From positions 7,447-71,446 of the IMG/VR virus record IMGVR_UViG_3300034062_007196: a DNA stretch of 64,000 bases; one strand, 5' to 3'. Under the pieces are notes generated by a model. That model saw only the letters and a program-made list of their open reading frames with translations. It had not been told where the DNA came from and did not search any database. Made by a program: the position numbers and the translations under genes. The DNA is from a virus. Lineage: Duplodnaviria > Caudoviricetes. Each line of letters begins with the position of its first letter. Within the stretch, counting starts at the first letter, position 1. Of this stretch, positions 9,986-20,016 are shown piece after piece.

Positions 9986-10253
9986 GAAAATCTTCATCTA
10001 AATTTTCACCACCAAACATAAATTCATTAGAATCAGCATTTTCTAAATATTTTTCTATTGCTTTTCTCATGCCAAATTCAACAACTTGAGAATCATATTT
10101 AGCATAAATCAAAGGAACTCCATCTTCTGAAATATAACCAAGAACAATAGCTTTGTATTTGTCAGCATTACCACTTAGTTCATAAAGTTGGTCAATTAAA
10201 TTTGGCGGCATCTGAAACTTGGACATTTCTTTAGTGAAATTTTTTTTATTCAT
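9969..10253 (-). CDS. hypothetical protein, acidic C-terminus
   Basis: 94-aa ORF in operon. Confidence 0.65.
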   Translation of the reverse strand: MNKKNFTKEMSKFQMPPNLIDQLYELSGNADKYKAIVLGYISEDGVPLIYAKYDSQVVEFGMRKAIEKYLENADSNEFMFGGENLDEDFLDEEE

Positions 10254-10262
10254 ATAATTATT

Positions 10263-10670
10263 TTACAGAAAAACTCCTTGTGATTCAAAAAAATCTTTAT
10301 TTAATTCTGAAACATCATAAATCTCTATCAAGGTTATTCCGTTGATTTGGCAAAAATCAAACTTTTTAGAATCTCTTTTTAGTTGTTGAAGAAATTTTGC
10401 TCTGCTTCCGTGAAAGAATGGAACAAATTTAGTATGCTGTCTCCCTTGAACTTCAATAGCGATCTTCTTGTTTGCATTAAAGAAGTCAAAAGTTAATCTC
10501 GTTTCTACCATTCTTAATTCCTCAAAGGTAACGTCATCTTTCCAATACTGGAAAAGAAAACGTTTAACTTCATCTTGGAACTTGCTACGAGTTTTCTTTT
10601 GCCAATCAATTAAATATTGACGAGCATTCTTTAAAGTCTTTTCTTTGCCGTAAAGAGTTTTAAACTTCAT
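10263..10670 (-). CDS. Vsr/DUF559-like PD-(D/E)XK endonuclease
   Basis: RLTFDFF...IAIEVQGRQH. Confidence 0.7.
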   Translation of the reverse strand: MKFKTLYGKEKTLKNARQYLIDWQKKTRSKFQDEVKRFLFQYWKDDVTFEELRMVETRLTFDFFNANKKIAIEVQGRQHTKFVPFFHGSRAKFLQQLKRDSKKFDFCQINGITLIEIYDVSELNKDFFESQGVFL

Positions 10671-11796
10671 TGGAAATTAAACTCCTGAAATAGCTGATTA
10701 AAAATTTGCAAAGCTCTGGGTCTTCTTCTACAGCTTTAAAAAGAGAAGCTTCGCCATGAATTTTTTCTGGAAATGTCAAATTGTTTTCTGTAAGAAGTTG
10801 AATAAAGTCTTCAGTAGGAGCAAACCAAGCGCCACTTTTTGCAACTAGCTCCCAAGCTAGTAACAAATCAACAATTTCTTTCTCGATCCAAACAGACTTA
10901 CCGCCTGTTCTGCCATAGCGAATTGGATATGGGATTGTTAGGTTAGTCTTTTCATTGGGCGACTTTTTAACGGTAACTTTTGCCCAATGTCCAATTGGGG
11001 GATTTTTTTCCAAATCAATCTTATCTGCTGATGTCTTAAGAATAAGATCGCCTTTGAAGCGTGGTTCAAACTCTAGAATCCAGTTAGCAAAGTGTAGTAA
11101 AGCATTGCCACCTGTTGCAGACGTTTGACGAACAGGAGCTTTAGAATAAGGGTCTAGCTTAATGTCTGCCCGAACCTGAGAGATGAAGATTGCCATGTGC
11201 CCACGCTTTGCGAGAGCGATGGAAAGCTTTTTCATAAATGTCGCAGCAATAACTGCACCACCAGCAACCTTTGCGCTCTCTTCAAAAGACTTATCCATAT
11301 CGTTCTTTGCAATCAATCCATCCACAGCGTCAAGCAAGAAACAAAATTTTGTCTTTTCTTCATTTTTTGAAACTAGTTGACGCATTGCATCCACAACTGT
11401 TTCGTAAATATTACTTTCAAAAACAAAGCAAGTGCCAGCAACCCATTCCTCAGCAGTAAACACGAATTTAACACCTGAACGCTTTTGCATTTCGGGTGAA
11501 AGGCGACCTTCAGCTTTAATATAAAAGCCCTTAGAGTTTTCAATTTCATTCAAGAAGTTCTTCATAACTTCCAGAGCTTCACTTGTTTTGCCGCCTTCAT
11601 TCATTCCTACGAAACGATGCAAGCCAGGGCCAAAGCCTCCGCCAAGCTGCAAATCGAGTTGTAAAGAACCACTTGACACCTTGTAGTCAACTGTTTCTTC
11701 AAAATTGTAATGATCTTCTGAGTTCTGCTTTAGGAAGGTGCTTAGAACTTCTGTAGAAGTAATCTTTTTTTCTTCGGGTGTTTTAGTCTTGGCCAT
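10660..11796 (-). CDS. recA: RecA/UvsX-like recombinase
   Basis: Walker A GMNEGGKTS, LLDAVD, IFISQVR, TGGNALLHFA. Confidence 0.92.
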   Translation of the reverse strand: MAKTKTPEEKKITSTEVLSTFLKQNSEDHYNFEETVDYKVSSGSLQLDLQLGGGFGPGLHRFVGMNEGGKTSEALEVMKNFLNEIENSKGFYIKAEGRLSPEMQKRSGVKFVFTAEEWVAGTCFVFESNIYETVVDAMRQLVSKNEEKTKFCFLLDAVDGLIAKNDMDKSFEESAKVAGGAVIAATFMKKLSIALAKRGHMAIFISQVRADIKLDPYSKAPVRQTSATGGNALLHFANWILEFEPRFKGDLILKTSADKIDLEKNPPIGHWAKVTVKKSPNEKTNLTIPYPIRYGRTGGKSVWIEKEIVDLLLAWELVAKSGAWFAPTEDFIQLLTENNLTFPEKIHGEASLFKAVEEDPELCKFLISYFRSLISNEV

Positions 11797-12136
11797 TTAA
11801 AAAGTCTTTGATTGTTTTGGGTTTTCTGGCGATATGCCTTTTCTCTACATTAGGATCATCTTTAAGTACGATGATTTCTGGCTTTGATTGCAAATCAGAT
11901 TTATAGATTCTGAATCTAGAATCTAAATCTTTTAGAATCTTATCTGCAAAAAGAATAGCTAAACTCTCACCTTTAAAGGTGAAAGTTGTATCTTTTAAGA
12001 ACTCAATACTATACCTCTCAATCAAACGATTGAGAAGCACATACTCTCGCTGCCAAAATTCTCTTTTAGATTTTTGTGGAACCTCGACAAACTTGGCAAC
12101 GAGAGACTTTTTATTTGGTTTCTTAGGAGCCATCAA
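11783..12136 (-). CDS. hypothetical protein
   Basis: 117-aa ORF coupled to both neighbours. Confidence 0.65.
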   Translation of the reverse strand: MMAPKKPNKKSLVAKFVEVPQKSKREFWQREYVLLNRLIERYSIEFLKDTTFTFKGESLAILFADKILKDLDSRFRIYKSDLQSKPEIIVLKDDPNVEKRHIARKPKTIKDFLNGQD

Positions 12137-13173
12137 CTACCATACGGCCAATCTAAATCATTTGCAACCATTTTCTCAACTAATTTAGGAAAAGATGTTT
12201 CTGGTTGCCAATTTAAACACTCTCTAGCTGGAGTTGAATCTCCCCAGAGAAGATCGACTTCTGCTGGGCGATAAAATTGAGGATTAATCTGGACTAAGAT
12301 TTGTTTTGTTTTTTTCTCAACAAAGATTTCATCAATGCCATTGCCAATCCATTCGCCTTCGATGAAAGCTGCTTTAAATGCTAGCTCCACAAACTCGCGA
12401 ACAGTATGAGTTTCATTAGAAGACAATACATAGTCTTTGGGGGCTTCTTGGTTCATCATAGACCAGATTCCTCTAATGAAATCTTCAGCATCACTCCAAT
12501 CTCTCTTAGCATCTAAATTACCCAGTTCAATAGGTAAAAATGATTTGCCTGAATAATGAATTGCTTCGTAGATTCTGGCGACATTCTTTGAAATTTTACG
12601 GGTGACGAATTCTTCTCCTCGGCGCACTCCTTCATGATTAAAAAGAATACCTTGAACAGCGTAAATATTATAAGAGTCTCTATAGACCTTCACAAGATGA
12701 TGAGCAGCGCATTTAGCAGCGCCATACGGTGATCTTGGACGGAATGGATGATTAATGTCTTGCGGAGAGTAAATGACATCGCCAAACTGCTCACTGCTGC
12801 CAGCATTATAGAATCGTGTTTGTGGAGAATAGTTTCTAATAGCCTCCAAGCAAAAGAGAACTCCCATACAATTTGTTTGCATGTGATTCACTGGCATTTT
12901 CCAACTATTACCAACAAAAGAATTAGCTGCAAAATTAATAAAATAATCTGGCTTTTTATCGCGAATTACTTGGTTGATATTTTCTGGATCAGTAATGTCT
13001 AGTTCAATTGTTGAAAATCTTGGATGATTTTTAAGGTGTTCAATATTGTCGTGATTAGGAACGCTAAGACGACGATGAGCGCCGAGCACAAAGTAATTTG
13101 TATTTTTTAATAGATAGTCTGCCATTAGCGAACCATCTTGACCAGTGACACCTGTAATAATAACTGTTTTCAT
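12133..13173 (-). CDS. gmd: GDP-mannose 4,6-dehydratase
   Basis: ITGVTGQDGS, YNAGSSEQFG, PRSPYGAAK, GILFNHE, LGNLDAKRDW. Confidence 0.96.
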   Translation of the reverse strand: MKTVIITGVTGQDGSLMADYLLKNTNYFVLGAHRRLSVPNHDNIEHLKNHPRFSTIELDITDPENINQVIRDKKPDYFINFAANSFVGNSWKMPVNHMQTNCMGVLFCLEAIRNYSPQTRFYNAGSSEQFGDVIYSPQDINHPFRPRSPYGAAKCAAHHLVKVYRDSYNIYAVQGILFNHEGVRRGEEFVTRKISKNVARIYEAIHYSGKSFLPIELGNLDAKRDWSDAEDFIRGIWSMMNQEAPKDYVLSSNETHTVREFVELAFKAAFIEGEWIGNGIDEIFVEKKTKQILVQINPQFYRPAEVDLLWGDSTPARECLNWQPETSFPKLVEKMVANDLDWPYGS

Positions 13174-14324
13174 TTAAAAAAATTTTGTTTTGAAAAGATA
13201 TAGTACCAAATATATTCAAAAATCCTACTAGAAATAAAATTATCTAATTCTGTTTTTTCGCACCAATTAAAAAGATGTTGCCAAAACTCAATTGGATATT
13301 GAGTTATTTTTGACTTATGTATTGAAAATTGAGCGCAAGAAGGAAAAGATAATGAATCAGGTAATGGTAAATAATCTCCAATTAAATCTTTCCAATTTTC
13401 TTCAATCCACGAAAACTTTCTATCTTCAAACTCGTCGCCCCTAGAAATTGTTTGAACCCAATCTTCGCGATTCAAATTAATAATATCTTTGGTGAAATCA
13501 ATACTATTAACAATATTAATAATATTATCGCTCTGATGCTCTGACATTAAATGACCATGAATAAAAATACTGTATTCTGGCAAGTTATTATAGTTTTCGA
13601 TAATATATTTTAAATATGCTGGCGCTTCTTGAACTTTATTAAAATTAATAAAATTTTTATTTTTTAAAGTTTTTGAATAAACTTTCACTGGATACTTAAT
13701 AAAGTTAACCCAATTTAAGTCTTCTTTGTAATGAGAAGAAATAACAGCTACTTCCTTAGATTCTACTGGTTTTTTCATTAACCAGCAACTTTCCTCTACA
13801 AATGAGATAGTGTAGTTGTTTTCGACTGACCATTCAACTACTGCCTTTATCACTCCTGGCCAAGCAGGACTATAATCATGCCCAGCAAAGTATCCTCCTT
13901 TTTTTAATTTCGGAAACCAGCATTTCAAATCTTCAGAAACGTCTTCGTAAGAGTGTCCTGCATCAATAAAAATAAAGTCTAAAGATTCATCTTCAAATTT
14001 TTCAGAAGCTTCTTTTGAAGAAAGTCTAAGTGGGGTAATATAATTTTGGACAGGCGATATATTCCTTAAGAAAGAATTATAGAGTTCATTTTTAACGATT
14101 AAATCATTAGATGAGTGCTCTTCACTGCCCTGCCAAGTATCGACACAATAAAAAGAGATATTCTTTTTCGAATTAGCAATTTCGACAGCCATGTAAGAAG
14201 AGCTTTTACCAAGCCAACTTCCTACCTCAACAAATTTAGCATCATTTGGAGACTGCTCTACAATAAATGAATATAGATTTGGAAAATCGAACCAACCTTC
14301 TATGTTTTGGTATATGTGATTCAT
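13170..14324 (-). CDS. Class I SAM methyltransferase fused to a DUF3431-like domain
   Basis: VEVGSWLGKS, FIFIDAGHSYE, GGYFAGHDY; then SHYKEDLNW...EAPAYLKYIIENYNNLP...FIHGH...CAQF...FEYIWYYIF. Confidence 0.8.
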   Translation of the reverse strand: MNHIYQNIEGWFDFPNLYSFIVEQSPNDAKFVEVGSWLGKSSSYMAVEIANSKKNISFYCVDTWQGSEEHSSNDLIVKNELYNSFLRNISPVQNYITPLRLSSKEASEKFEDESLDFIFIDAGHSYEDVSEDLKCWFPKLKKGGYFAGHDYSPAWPGVIKAVVEWSVENNYTISFVEESCWLMKKPVESKEVAVISSHYKEDLNWVNFIKYPVKVYSKTLKNKNFINFNKVQEAPAYLKYIIENYNNLPEYSIFIHGHLMSEHQSDNIINIVNSIDFTKDIINLNREDWVQTISRGDEFEDRKFSWIEENWKDLIGDYLPLPDSLSFPSCAQFSIHKSKITQYPIEFWQHLFNWCEKTELDNFISSRIFEYIWYYIFSKQNFFK

Positions 14325-15091
14325 AGTTTTAATTTATGTTGAATATAAGGGTATTCAAAATCTTCGTGCTTCATGTGAATAACATGGGCGGGGTCTTGTC
14401 CACCGCCTTCAACATACCAATGCTCATGCCAGAATTCATGATTGCGCTTGAGTCGAGAATTAAGATCAACATATCCAAAATGCACAACAAATGGAACAAT
14501 ATTTTGTTCAAGAATGCTTTGATCACTTGGAGTTCCGATTGTGGAAATAAAGCTGCCTTGCGAATCTACCAAGTCACAGCCATCGCTCATTTTAGTATTA
14601 ATAGTTCCATCTTGCTTTCTTGCAGCTATACAAGGCGCTCTATAAGCTTGTCCTCTATGGAAGTATTGTTTATTGGTAACAGAAGATAAATGATCCCAAT
14701 CCTTATAAAGATTGACTGATGCTACTGCTGCGCATTGGCACGGATGAAATTGCAACTGCATTGCCATATTTTCCCAAATGGGCTTTTGCCACAATGGGAT
14801 ATATTCGTCAAGATCGAGTTGAATCTTAAAATCTTGCGTGCAAGCTTGTAAAGCTTCGTTCTTAATTTTACCGTCAAGCCAAGGGTCTTGGTAACTAAAA
14901 TTGGTTTCAATAATTTTCCAATTACTGAAGTCTTTAAGAGTTTCTTCGATAGCTTCTTTAGTGCCATCAACAGATGTATTTACAGCGATAATTACTTCGT
15001 CTGCAAATTGACAAGAATTTTGAACGCTTTGTTGCCAACCAACGAAGCCATGCTTAATTAGGTTAAAAGCGGAATGATAAATACTAAACAT
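14321..15091 (-). CDS. GT2-like glycosyltransferase
   Basis: FADEVIIAV, KNEALQAC, QLDLDEY (DxD), VHFGY. Confidence 0.75.
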   Translation of the reverse strand: MFSIYHSAFNLIKHGFVGWQQSVQNSCQFADEVIIAVNTSVDGTKEAIEETLKDFSNWKIIETNFSYQDPWLDGKIKNEALQACTQDFKIQLDLDEYIPLWQKPIWENMAMQLQFHPCQCAAVASVNLYKDWDHLSSVTNKQYFHRGQAYRAPCIAARKQDGTINTKMSDGCDLVDSQGSFISTIGTPSDQSILEQNIVPFVVHFGYVDLNSRLKRNHEFWHEHWYVEGGGQDPAHVIHMKHEDFEYPYIQHKLKL

Positions 15092-15143
15092 GGTAACGCA
15101 TGATCTATATAAGATGATACGTTACCTAATTAGTAATTCTAGC

Positions 15144-16187
15144 TTAAATTCCTGCTTCTTCCTCAATATAATAAACATTATCAAAAAGAGGATTTAATGC
15201 CAAAACTTCTTCCTGTGTAGGAATTTCGTTTTCATCAAAACCGCTCTCTTCTAGAGAAGAAGTTCTTTCTTCCTGTTTAATATAAAAAGCTTCGATTGGG
15301 TCTAGTTCTGCAAGTTCTTCTGCTGTCATTTTTGACACTGGACTCTTACTCCAAAAGCGGCATGACCAATATCTAGCCTTCCATTTTGGGCCAACATTAG
15401 TATCGCATTGATGACGAGCGCGGAAATTTTTACGCCTTTCTGGGTCATCTCTTTTGATTTCCATGTTGGGATCACCAAACTTAACCATCACAGTATTACC
15501 TTTATCGTTTTTAACGTAAACTCCAAATTTCTTATTGGAGCCAGAAGGTAGTCTAAATGGTTTATTTAATGTTTTCTTCTCTGCTTCTGTATAATCAATG
15601 TCGTCATTGAAAATATTCATTTCGTCAAATGAAACGCCAGCTTCAACCAAATGAATATGAGCTAATTGAAGCTCAACATCTTCATAAGCATCATACAAAT
15701 GATCATGATCAAAAGCTTCAGAGCCTTTAGCAATATCGCCATCAGCGGCTCTATAAGCATCCTTGACTTTTTCTCCGCGCATCATTTTGAGAAATGTATT
15801 AACGCGAGCCATTGCCCATTGCTGACGGCTTTTGCCAGGGCGATGACTTGAACTAAAAGCTCCAAGACCGCGACGATACACTTTCTTTAATTGAGAAACG
15901 CTTACTTTTTTGTCATGCTTGGAGTTATGCTCTTCAGCCTTCTTTTTTAAAGAATTAATGATTTTGTCATTAAATGTAATTTCAGCTTTAACGAGTTCTT
16001 TTTCGTCATCTCTCTCAAGTGCTTTTTCTGCACGTTCTTTCGCATCTGGTTTGGTGCCAGCAGAGCCAGGTTCATTAGTTTTTGAACCTTTTTTCTTTTC
16101 TTCTTCTTGTGCTGGTGACTGAGCAGAACTTTTTGGTCCTGCTCTTTTTTTGCTTTCAGAAATTTGTTGAGAGAAATCTACTTCCAT
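15144..16187 (-). CDS. Conserved phage protein with two basic motif domains (DUF5824-like plus KFGD...RKNFRARH domain)
   Basis: VYRRGLGAFSSSHRPG...QQWAMARVNTF and VKFGDPNMEIKRDDPERRKNFRARHQC...ARYWSC. Confidence 0.6.
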   Translation of the reverse strand: MEVDFSQQISESKKRAGPKSSAQSPAQEEEKKKGSKTNEPGSAGTKPDAKERAEKALERDDEKELVKAEITFNDKIINSLKKKAEEHNSKHDKKVSVSQLKKVYRRGLGAFSSSHRPGKSRQQWAMARVNTFLKMMRGEKVKDAYRAADGDIAKGSEAFDHDHLYDAYEDVELQLAHIHLVEAGVSFDEMNIFNDDIDYTEAEKKTLNKPFRLPSGSNKKFGVYVKNDKGNTVMVKFGDPNMEIKRDDPERRKNFRARHQCDTNVGPKWKARYWSCRFWSKSPVSKMTAEELAELDPIEAFYIKQEERTSSLEESGFDENEIPTQEEVLALNPLFDNVYYIEEEAGI

Positions 16188-16231
16188 GATTTATTTTTAC
16201 ACTTAAAAATTAAAAAATATCTAGTAAATTG

Positions 16232-17878
16232 TTAAGCCTCACATGATTTGCATTCGTTTAATGATCGGGCAAGAAGCTGACTTGGATTGCTTGAACGCTG
16301 GTAATAAAATCCTTTAATTCCTTGCTGCCAACCAAAGATGAGAAGCTTGCTAACTTCTCCAATTGATGCGGATGGAGGAATCATTAAATTCAAGCTTTGT
16401 CCTTGGTCGATTCTCTTTTGTCTTTGTGATGCTTGGATAACAATTTCTTTTTGAGATAGTTCTCCAAAAGTTTTAAAAACATCTTTCTCATCTTGGGAAA
16501 GAAAATCCAAATGCTGAACAGAACCGCCTTTTTCAAGAATGCTTTTCCAAACATCTTGGGTATCTTGTTCTTTTTGTTGCAAGAGTTCTTTTAGGTATGG
16601 ATTTTTATAAGTAAAGGAGCCTTTTGCGAGTTTCTTAACATAGTAGTTTGAGTTTTGAGGCTCGATTCCTTGAGAAACTTGACCAAGAATAAATGAAGAA
16701 GAAGTCGTTGGAGCGATTGCAATTCTTGTTACCATTCTTTCTCCATAACCTTTTAGAAGTTCTGGCTCACCATATTTTTCAGCAAGCTCTTTGCTTGCCT
16801 TTAAGCTCTTATCGTCCAAGAGTTTAAAGATTTGAGCATTGAGCATTTTAGCTTCCATGCTTTCAAAAGCAATCATTTTGCTTTGAAGGAAAGAGTGCCA
16901 ACCAAGAACTCCAAGACCAATAGCTCTCTGTTCTCTAGCAAACTTATTTGGAGCCGCCATAAATGGCATATCTTTTGTTTTCTGAATATACTCTTCAGTA
17001 ACAGTGTCCAAGAAATAAGTTAAAAGTTCAACTGCGTCAGTATCCTTCCACTCTTCATAATGAAGGAGATTAATGCTAGAAAGCACACAGACAAAAGATG
17101 TTTCAGCGTCAGAAGAAAGTTGAATTTCATTGCAGAGATTGGAGGCGTAAATTTTGATATTTTTATCTTGATAAACCTTTGGAGCATTTTTATTTGCATT
17201 GCCAGTGAAATGTAAATATGGATAACCACTTTCAAAACGCTTTTTAATTACTTCGCCCCAAATCTTTAACTTTTCCTTGTCTTTATTGAGTAGTCCTTCC
17301 ATCCATTCATCAGAGATGCAAACACCAATACTCAAGTCTTGAATAGGATGGCCCTCTCCCTTGATGCGGAGGAATTCTTCAACATCTGGATGATCAATAT
17401 CTAGATATGCAGCCATTGAACCGCGACGAACGCTAGACTGAGAAACGACATTAGAGACTTTATCAAAAAGCTCCATAAAATGCACAGCCCCACTAGAAGT
17501 TCCACCTGAAGAAATAGGCGCTCCGCGAGAACGAAGCTTGCCAAAGTAAGCGGAAGTTCCAGCAGCATTTTTTGTCATCATTCCAATTTCTGCATTCTTG
17601 TACAGAATGCTTTCCATTGTATCATCAATAAAAGAACCATTACAAGAACAAGGCAAACCTCTTTCCAAGCCGTAATTAGCCCAAACAGGAGAAGATAAGC
17701 TGAACCAGCCGCGAGACATGTAATCTTCAAACTTGTCAGCAAAACCTGCGATGCCCAAGTATTTTTCAGCAGCCTCAGCAATTTCACGAACTCTTTGCTC
17801 TGCGGTTTGACCTTCCTTGACATATCCGCGAGACAAGAATTCGCGGGACTTTTCATTAAGCCAGTAGTATTTACTCAT
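16232..17878 (-). CDS. nrdA: Class I ribonucleotide reductase alpha subunit (short, no ATP cone)
   Basis: LPCSC, SNLCNEI, IAPTTSSS, GIEP, DQGQSLN, C-terminal CKSCE. Confidence 0.95.
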   Translation of the reverse strand: MSKYYWLNEKSREFLSRGYVKEGQTAEQRVREIAEAAEKYLGIAGFADKFEDYMSRGWFSLSSPVWANYGLERGLPCSCNGSFIDDTMESILYKNAEIGMMTKNAAGTSAYFGKLRSRGAPISSGGTSSGAVHFMELFDKVSNVVSQSSVRRGSMAAYLDIDHPDVEEFLRIKGEGHPIQDLSIGVCISDEWMEGLLNKDKEKLKIWGEVIKKRFESGYPYLHFTGNANKNAPKVYQDKNIKIYASNLCNEIQLSSDAETSFVCVLSSINLLHYEEWKDTDAVELLTYFLDTVTEEYIQKTKDMPFMAAPNKFAREQRAIGLGVLGWHSFLQSKMIAFESMEAKMLNAQIFKLLDDKSLKASKELAEKYGEPELLKGYGERMVTRIAIAPTTSSSFILGQVSQGIEPQNSNYYVKKLAKGSFTYKNPYLKELLQQKEQDTQDVWKSILEKGGSVQHLDFLSQDEKDVFKTFGELSQKEIVIQASQRQKRIDQGQSLNLMIPPSASIGEVSKLLIFGWQQGIKGFYYQRSSNPSQLLARSLNECKSCEA

Positions 17879-17887
17879 GATTAAAAA

Positions 17888-18883
17888 TTAAACTAAGTCG
17901 TCTAGTTCGAAAGTTTTGTTTGCCTTTGCGTAGTCTGTTGGGCGTTGATAAAAGAAATCAACAGCATTATTCGCCAACACTTCTTCATCCATCCATTCAT
18001 AATCTCTAGCTTTTGAATGGTCAATATCAAATAACTTACTGAAGCCAATTTCTTTCAAAGAATCATTAATTCTGCTCTTAATATATTCTTTCAAAATATC
18101 AGAGGAAATTCTCTTGTCTTGCCAATCGCCAATAATCCAATCAATAATCTTGCTTTCAGCCTTGAAAGCCTCACCAGCTTCATGAAGGATTTTCTGCTCA
18201 AGCTCTTCATCAAAGAGTTCTGGACACTCTTTACGAATGGTATTCACAAGCTTCATGCCAACTTTACCATGAATAAGTTCTTCGTTCTTGGTATAAGTAA
18301 CTTGCTGAGTAGTGTCTTTAAGCACATTCTTGAATCTTCCGAACCAAAGAATAATGTAAAACTGAGAAAACAAAGAAACATTCTCAATGAATAGAGTAAA
18401 CAAAATCAATGCATAAACATACTGTTTACGAGAATCTTTATAGAATTTATGATTGTACTTTCTGAGATAGTTGACTCGTCCAGAAACAACATCAAGCTTG
18501 AGATTTTGCTCAAAAATATCTTCCATTCCAAGAACTTCTAAAAGCCTCTGGTATGCGTTGTTATGAATAACCTCAACGCCCGCCATAACGTATCCCAAAT
18601 CAGTCAATGTGGGATGTGGTAGATTATCACCAAGCTTTGCCCAAAACTTTTTAACAGCAACCTCAATTTGACCAATTGCTGAAAGAGTGCGAATAACAAT
18701 TTCCCTTTCCTCATCGGAGAGATTCACTTTAAAGTCTTGAACATCACTTGAAAAGCTAAATTCCTTGTGTGTCCAAAAGCCTTCATGCATGACAGCAATA
18801 AATTCTTGCGCCCAAGGATATTTATCTGGTTTTCGAGCAATTTGTTCATCAAAGATTGTCTTGGTAGATTCTGAATTTGTCAT
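17888..18883 (-). CDS. nrdB: Ribonucleotide reductase beta subunit
   Basis: EVIHNNAY (ExxH plus radical Tyr), IENVSLFSQF, EELIH, DFFYQRPTDY. Confidence 0.95.
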   Translation of the reverse strand: MTNSESTKTIFDEQIARKPDKYPWAQEFIAVMHEGFWTHKEFSFSSDVQDFKVNLSDEEREIVIRTLSAIGQIEVAVKKFWAKLGDNLPHPTLTDLGYVMAGVEVIHNNAYQRLLEVLGMEDIFEQNLKLDVVSGRVNYLRKYNHKFYKDSRKQYVYALILFTLFIENVSLFSQFYIILWFGRFKNVLKDTTQQVTYTKNEELIHGKVGMKLVNTIRKECPELFDEELEQKILHEAGEAFKAESKIIDWIIGDWQDKRISSDILKEYIKSRINDSLKEIGFSKLFDIDHSKARDYEWMDEEVLANNAVDFFYQRPTDYAKANKTFELDDLV

Positions 18884-19126
18884 ACCGATATATTACACGA
18901 CAAAGCTACTTTAGTCAAGGGTTTTCATGAAAAATGTGTTATTTCGTTAAGCAGAAAAAACAATAATTTCATAACTCTGCAAAGATTTTCGAAAAAAGGT
19001 TGAAATATTAGTCTCCTCCCCCTCGTACCCCCTAACGTTAACATTATACGAGACGTAGAATTAATATAGAATTTAATTTTTATTAAAGTTATATAAAATT
19101 TACTCTCATAAAAATAGGAAAAGTTC

Positions 19127-19155
19127 TTGACAGAACATTTTCCTTGTTATAAACT
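19127..19155 (+). promoter_or_regulatory. sigma70-type promoter for the plus-strand block
   Basis: TTGACA-17 nt-TAAACT, 5 nt before ATG 19161. Confidence 0.6.
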
Positions 19156-19160
19156 TAATC

Positions 19161-19448
19161 ATGTTTTATCCACAGAATTCAATCAAAAAACTTTACTTCT
19201 GCAAAAGCGGAGGATGGCAGTCAGTTATTAATGCAGAAGATGCTACAGAAGCCGTTACTCAAGCAATGACAGAAGCCTTAATACATTTTGCTTCAACTGA
19301 TCAAGCTAATTTTGTGGTTGGTACTGCAATCATGTGCCAAGAGATTACTGAGGATTTGGAGAATGCTCATTTCTTTAGCTCATCAGCTATTTTGGCGAAT
19401 GCTGGTTTTCATGATTTAGCTAAAGATTTAGAACCAATAAACGAATAA
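19161..19448 (+). CDS. hypothetical protein
   Basis: 95-aa ORF following the promoter. Confidence 0.65.
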   Translation: MFYPQNSIKKLYFCKSGGWQSVINAEDATEAVTQAMTEALIHFASTDQANFVVGTAIMCQEITEDLENAHFFSSSAILANAGFHDLAKDLEPINE

Positions 19449-19449
19449 G

Positions 19450-19980
19450 ATGAACTCTTTTATTTACATTGAAGAAATTAATGGCGAACTAAGCCTTCCA
19501 GCAAAGGAAGGTGATGTTGGATATGATGCTAAATCTGTTTCAGAACCAAAAATTGTTGGCAAGCAAGATTACAGCAGCGGTTTATGGTATTCAGTTGATT
19601 ACATTGAATATGACTTGGGAATTAAGCTTGATGGCTTGCAGCCATTTGTGGCTAGAAGCCAAGATGTTTTTACTCTAATCTTTCCTCGCTCAAGTATTAG
19701 TAATTATAATCTTACACTTGCTAATTCAGTAGGAGTAGTTGATTCAGGCTATAGAGGTAATGTTAAAGTAAGATTCAAATACATCTTTCAACCAGAAGAT
19801 TTGATAGTGAATGCGTTTGGAAATATTATTGGATATGTAAATCTTGAAAAGATTTACAAAAAAGGAGACAAGGTTTGCCAATTAGTTTTTCAACCTCACT
19901 TTCACCCAACAATTGAAGTTGTTGATGAACTAGAAGATTCGGAACGTCAAGAAGGAGGCTTTGGATCAACGGGGTTTTAA
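19450..19980 (+). CDS. dut: Trimeric dUTPase
   Basis: GDVGYD, FPRSS, NSVGVVDSGYRG, RQEGGFGSTG. Confidence 0.95.
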   Translation: MNSFIYIEEINGELSLPAKEGDVGYDAKSVSEPKIVGKQDYSSGLWYSVDYIEYDLGIKLDGLQPFVARSQDVFTLIFPRSSISNYNLTLANSVGVVDSGYRGNVKVRFKYIFQPEDLIVNAFGNIIGYVNLEKIYKKGDKVCQLVFQPHFHPTIEVVDELEDSERQEGGFGSTGF

Positions 19981-20016
19981 ATTTCACAATTTCCAAATCC
20001 TCGTGTAATAATTATT

